Below are positions 59,953-64,000 of a stretch of DNA of 64,000 bases, one piece after another. The first letter of the stretch is position 1. Every line of letters starts with the position of its first letter. Where the stretch lies: contig OZ245011.1 of NCBI GenBank assembly GCA_965223665.1, positions 832,001 to 896,000 on the forward strand, given 5' to 3'. The position numbers and the translations under genes are program-made. This DNA is from Nitrospinaceae bacterium (GTDB lineage: Bacteria; Nitrospinota; Nitrospinia; Nitrospinales; Nitrospinaceae). The notes under the pieces were generated by a model. That model saw only the letters and a list, made by a program, of their open reading frames with translations, was not told the DNA's origin and ran no database searches.

Positions 59953-60384
59953 CTATAGCGTTTCGTCCGGATTAATTGGTTTTTGGATGGTGGGAACGTT
60001 AAATTTAATTGAATCAGGAAGTTTTCTCGTGATTTTGCCCACAGCAGGTAGCTTGCCTTGTACACCCTTTTCAGGAACTTCAATTCCTACTCGAATTTTT
60101 CCTTCGTGTAATTTCACAGGATAAACTTTAGTCTTTAGCCCAGGATTCTGTGGACAATCCCCCGTTTTTAAATCATAGCGCCATTCATGGTTTGGACAAA
60201 TTACAACCCCCTCTTCGATACGCCCTTCCCCAAGTGGAGAACCTTTATGTAAGCATTGATTGGCCATTGCATAATATTCTCCCTTGTAATTAAAGAGAGC
60301 TATTTCCTCTTTTCCAGCAGTTATTATTGCCGCTTTCCCTGGAGGAAGTTCCTCCTCTTCCATGACTTTAACGTATTTCAACAT
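59953..60384 (-). CDS. Rieske [2Fe-2S] ferredoxin (NirD/dioxygenase-ferredoxin-like) with C-terminal extension
   Basis: CLH..LGEG..CPNHEWRYD Rieske ligands. Confidence 0.92.
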   Translation of the reverse strand: MLKYVKVMEEEELPPGKAAIITAGKEEIALFNYKGEYYAMANQCLHKGSPLGEGRIEEGVVICPNHEWRYDLKTGDCPQNPGLKTKVYPVKLHEGKIRVGIEVPEKGVQGKLPAVGKITRKLPDSIKFNVPTIQKPINPDETL

Positions 60385-60409
60385 AACTCTTTTCTATCCA
60401 AATTGAAAA

Positions 60410-61792
60410 TCACTTTTTTTCTTGTTGTTTTTGAGCGGCCGCTTTTGCCTCTTCTTCACTTATAAAATCAAACTCACAATGCGAATATATAAAATTTAAA
60501 GCTTTTTGACCCAACAGACGGCTTGTGGTTTGGTTCATGTGGTCTGGGTTATTAAACAATGCTTTTTTTACCTCTTCAGTTTTTTTACCGGTTTCTTGTC
60601 CTAAACGTTCGTATTCCACTTCTAAATCAGATTGCGAAACATTGATCTTTTCATTTTTAGCGATTGCCTCAAGGATCATATATCCTTTGGAATTAAATTC
60701 AGCCCTTTCACGCCATTCTTCTTCAGCCTGATCCGGGTCAAATCCTGAATCCTCCAGTTTCATTCCGGACTGTTGAATCTGAAATTTCATTCCATCAACC
60801 AAAAATTTAATTTCCTGCTTTACCAGGGATTCAGGAGGCTTTACGTCATATTCTTTAACTAATTGATTGAATATATCCTGTTTGATATGCATTTCTTCCA
60901 TATGTTCTTTATATGCCTGAAGATCAGCTTTAACCTTTCTTCGAAAAGCCTCTACAGATTCTTCCCCTTGCTGTTGAACCAATTCATCCGTCAATTCAGG
61001 TAAAATAAGTTTCTTTATTTCTTTAATCTTAACCTGAAAGTTTGCCAAATCATCAGGTGTTTCCTGGTTTTCAGCACCCGGAATTGGCATACTCACCCGA
61101 CGTAATTTTTTGTTCCAATCAATAGGCAAAGCCACATTGACCTCAAATTCTTCATTTTTTTGGTGACCTATTAACTGGTCTTCAAATCCAGGTATCATCC
61201 TTTTTTCACCCACACGAACCGGGTAATCCCTTGCCTGTCCTCCTTCAACGGGTTCTCCATCCAAATAGCCATCAAAATCCATCACCAAGGTATCTCCAAT
61301 TTCCACCTTATGATCTTCTGGGCAAATTTGAAATGTTCCTATAGACTCAAGGTATCTTCGAATGGCTTCTTCAACCTCTGCATCGGGTACTTTAAACAAA
61401 GTTTTTTTGAATTTAAGGCCCTTATATTCTTTAAAAGTAAATTGAGGTTTTATATCCAGGGTCACTGAAAACGAAAAGGGCTTATCTCTTTTGATTTCCT
61501 TAATTTCTGAATGATCAATTTCAGGTGGTCCAGCAGGAACAATCCCCGTTTCCAAAAGGGCTTTATCATAATACTCTTGCATCAAATCCTGCCATAATTG
61601 AGTCATAGCTTCCAAAGGGACTTGCTTCTCTAAAACTTTCTGAGGAATTTTGCCAGAGCGAAAACCAGGCATCTTGATTTGCTGGTTCAATTGACGATAG
61701 GCATTTTTTACTTTTTGTGAAACCACTTCTTCTGGAACTTGTATCTTAAGTTTCCGCCTATCTGCTTCTAATTCTTCTATTTGAAATTCCAT
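60410..61792 (-). CDS. tig: Trigger factor
   Basis: MPGFRSGKIP ribosome-binding signature, FKBP domain MIPGFEDQLIG, C-terminal chaperone domain. Confidence 0.92.
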   Translation of the reverse strand: MEFQIEELEADRRKLKIQVPEEVVSQKVKNAYRQLNQQIKMPGFRSGKIPQKVLEKQVPLEAMTQLWQDLMQEYYDKALLETGIVPAGPPEIDHSEIKEIKRDKPFSFSVTLDIKPQFTFKEYKGLKFKKTLFKVPDAEVEEAIRRYLESIGTFQICPEDHKVEIGDTLVMDFDGYLDGEPVEGGQARDYPVRVGEKRMIPGFEDQLIGHQKNEEFEVNVALPIDWNKKLRRVSMPIPGAENQETPDDLANFQVKIKEIKKLILPELTDELVQQQGEESVEAFRRKVKADLQAYKEHMEEMHIKQDIFNQLVKEYDVKPPESLVKQEIKFLVDGMKFQIQQSGMKLEDSGFDPDQAEEEWRERAEFNSKGYMILEAIAKNEKINVSQSDLEVEYERLGQETGKKTEEVKKALFNNPDHMNQTTSRLLGQKALNFIYSHCEFDFISEEEAKAAAQKQQEKK

Positions 61793-61818
61793 AATTCCTT
61801 AACCTATCAACTCCTAAT

Positions 61819-62982
61819 TTATGAAACGGGCGTTTGGGCCGCCCCAAATTTTTCTTCAATTAAACGGTCTAATTCTTCCCTCAATTTGCTAAGAATTTGA
61901 TCATAACTGTACGCTCCAATAGACTCGGGGCCTTTTTTCAAATTGACATGAGCTGGCCCACACCATAATCCCAGATCTGCATCATCGGTTTCACCCGGAC
62001 CATTTACCCGGCAACCCATAACAGCAATCGTAATCTTATATTTCTCAGCATATTCGGTCATTTTACGCACTTCTTGAGCTAAGTCCACAAATTTTGAGTT
62101 TTCTACTCTGGAACAGCTGGGACAGGCAATAATATTAAGCCCTTCCAAAAAGTTTTCAGGAACGGATCGAAATCGCCCTTCTTTAATGTCGTTTAAAATA
62201 TCTCGGCCAACCGTAATTTCCTCCCCTTTATCATCATCCGGAACCGTTAGCGATACTCGGATCGTATCCCCTATTCCATGCGGGATTAATTGCTCAAACG
62301 CAATACGAGTTTTAATTATTCCCTCTGGGGGCATCCCCGCTTCAGTAACTCCTAAATGCAGAGGAACATCCGGACGCCTTTCTGCAAAGCGTTTATTCCC
62401 ATCAATAACTTTTTGTGAATCAGAATCTTTCAAAGACACACAGTAATTTTCAAATCCCATATCATCCAGAAATTGACAATGATCAACCGCGCATTGAACC
62501 ATTCCCTCCAAGGGATCTTCTGAAAAACGAGCCTTATAATCGGGATCAATGGATCCACAATTTACCCCTATCCGAATCGCGCAATTGTTTTCTTTAGCCG
62601 CATCAACAATAAACTTAACTTTTTCAGGAATAGGCTTTTCTTTGTCCAAATGATAAAGATGTCCTGGGTTATAACGAATTTTATTTACCAGTGGAGCCAC
62701 CAGAGTAGCCAACCTGTAATTTTCCTGTAAATCTACAGAAAAAATTGCGGAAGACCCCTTCCTTAAACTTTTTAACGCTTCAACATCCTTTAAACTATCT
62801 ACAGCAATTCGGATCACATCTGCCCCCGCTTTTTCCAATATTTTTATTTGACGCGCGGTAGCATCTAAATCAATGGTTCGAGTAGCTGTCATACTTTGAA
62901 CAGCAATCGGAGAATCCCCACCAATAGTTAAGGAACCGATTTTAATTTTTCTGGTTTTCTTATCTTTAATATTAGAATTCAC
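61819..62982 (-). CDS. ispG: (E)-4-hydroxy-3-methylbut-2-enyl-diphosphate synthase
   Basis: [57 protein letters not shown]. Confidence 0.96.
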   Translation of the reverse strand: MNSNIKDKKTRKIKIGSLTIGGDSPIAVQSMTATRTIDLDATARQIKILEKAGADVIRIAVDSLKDVEALKSLRKGSSAIFSVDLQENYRLATLVAPLVNKIRYNPGHLYHLDKEKPIPEKVKFIVDAAKENNCAIRIGVNCGSIDPDYKARFSEDPLEGMVQCAVDHCQFLDDMGFENYCVSLKDSDSQKVIDGNKRFAERRPDVPLHLGVTEAGMPPEGIIKTRIAFEQLIPHGIGDTIRVSLTVPDDDKGEEITVGRDILNDIKEGRFRSVPENFLEGLNIIACPSCSRVENSKFVDLAQEVRKMTEYAEKYKITIAVMGCRVNGPGETDDADLGLWCGPAHVNLKKGPESIGAYSYDQILSKLREELDRLIEEKFGAAQTPVS

Positions 62983-63226
62983 TTATTGGCTTTTCCTTTT
63001 TATAATTAGAGCCTAAACACAAATTTTATCAAAAGATTAACAGAATTATAGAGGGTTCTCAAATCTAACCTATTTCCAGTTTTCCTTGTCTTTCTTATCC
63101 AATCTAAAATATTTTTTTTACAATTTCAGTAAAGTTATATTATAGGATTAAAAAGAGTCTGGAAGGTTCCAACTTATTAACAAATTCCAATATACATCTT
63201 ATTCACTTTCCCAGGTCCCCATTATT

Positions 63227-64000
63227 ATGAAAATATTTTTGACCCTAGTTACTCTGGCTTTCATGTTTGTAAACGGCTTTGTTCATACTGCATTTTCTGA
63301 GCCCCCCTCCCATGGTTTGTCGCTCTACGGACCCGAAAACCTAAAATATAAACCAAACCAACCCTACGAGTTTTCAAACCCTAATGCTCCTAAAGGCGGG
63401 CAATTAGTTTTAAGTAGTTATGGAGCTTTTACCAAACTCAATCCATATTCCCTAAAGGGAGTGACTGCCCCAGGGTTAGGATTTGTATTTCAAACTCCAA
63501 TGGATACATCGGTGGATGATGACGAACCTTTTTCCCTATATGGAAATTTAATAGAAAAAGTAGAACTGGCCGATGATCGTATGAGTATGATTTATCACAT
63601 TTACAAAAATGCAAAATTTTCTGATGGCCATCCTGTCACAGCCGATGATTTTGTCTTTTCCTTTAATATCATTCAAGATCCCGAATATCATCCATTATAC
63701 AAACAATATTTTAAAGATATTAAGTCCGTAGAAAAACTGGATAAGCATCGCGTTAAATATACCTATGCTATTTATAATCAGGAATTACCACTAATTACAG
63801 GGCAAATGGTTATTCTTCCCGAACATATTTATGGAAAGACTGGTAAAAAATTTGGTTCTGATTTTGATGATATTGCCATAGGAAGTGGACCCTATATTGT
63901 CGAAAAATTCGAATTCGGCAAATATATTACTTTAAAAAGAAATCCAAATTGGTGGGGAAAGGACCTTTCAAAAAACCAGGGGCGCTTTAACTTTGACCGT
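63227..64000 (+). CDS. YejA-like peptide ABC transporter substrate-binding protein (SBP family 5), 3'-truncated by the window; absent from the ORF track
   Basis: Read manually: MKIFLTLVTLAFMFVNGFVHTAFSEPPSHGLSLYG..NPNAPKGG..LNPYSLKG..FSDGHPVTADDFVFSF..GSGPY..RNPNWWG. Confidence 0.88.
   Translation, partial: MKIFLTLVTLAFMFVNGFVHTAFSEPPSHGLSLYGPENLKYKPNQPYEFSNPNAPKGGQLVLSSYGAFTKLNPYSLKGVTAPGLGFVFQTPMDTSVDDDEPFSLYGNLIEKVELADDRMSMIYHIYKNAKFSDGHPVTADDFVFSFNIIQDPEYHPLYKQYFKDIKSVEKLDKHRVKYTYAIYNQELPLITGQMVILPEHIYGKTGKKFGSDFDDIAIGSGPYIVEKFEFGKYITLKRNPNWWGKDLSKNQGRFNFDR

Noticed and set aside
980-62597. Many 60-125 aa antisense or shifted-frame ORFs in the track
   Set aside because: They lie mostly within confidently identified genes and are shadow ORFs.
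1-64000. CRISPR arrays, tRNA/rRNA, IS elements, integrase or prophage, long direct repeats
   Set aside because: Intergenic gaps are all about 500 nt or less; by eye none shows repeat-spacer periodicity, cloverleaf motifs or terminal inverted repeats, and no ORF resembles a transposase or phage protein.

Overview
A gene-dense, AT-rich bacterial chromosomal segment with about 47 CDS. I see no rRNA, tRNA, CRISPR array, IS element or prophage. The gene repertoire and order resemble a Nitrospinota/deltaproteobacteria-like Gram-negative; that taxonomy is inference only. Housekeeping content: ahcY, class II aldolase, moaCDE, AddAB-type helicase/nuclease, clpB, trxB, alaC-hom-thrC, uppP, glgP, nnr-tsaE, lptCAB-rpoN-hpf-ptsN-ptsI-metK, nfi, tig, ispG, and a YejA-like binding protein cut by the window end. 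The most unusual elements are: (1) a secreted mosaic protein (coiled coil + 2 CARDB-like + monoheme cytochrome c + Cys/Asp-rich metal-binding repeats) with a Cys-rich partner; (2) an msbA-like exporter-oleA-oleB operon without oleC/oleD; (3) a tandem-USP protein with three PCP_red-like modules and a Zn ribbon; (4) MoaD with a masked GG-V C-terminus; (5) a eukaryote-type UGPase divergent from glgP plus two unknown tandem paralogues; (6) a plant-type threonine synthase; (7) regulatory sites read from the DNA, namely a HAIR-like operator at clpB and sigma54 -24/-12 sites ahead of the rpoN operon and of a small secreted gene. All family calls come from motif recognition, not database searches.
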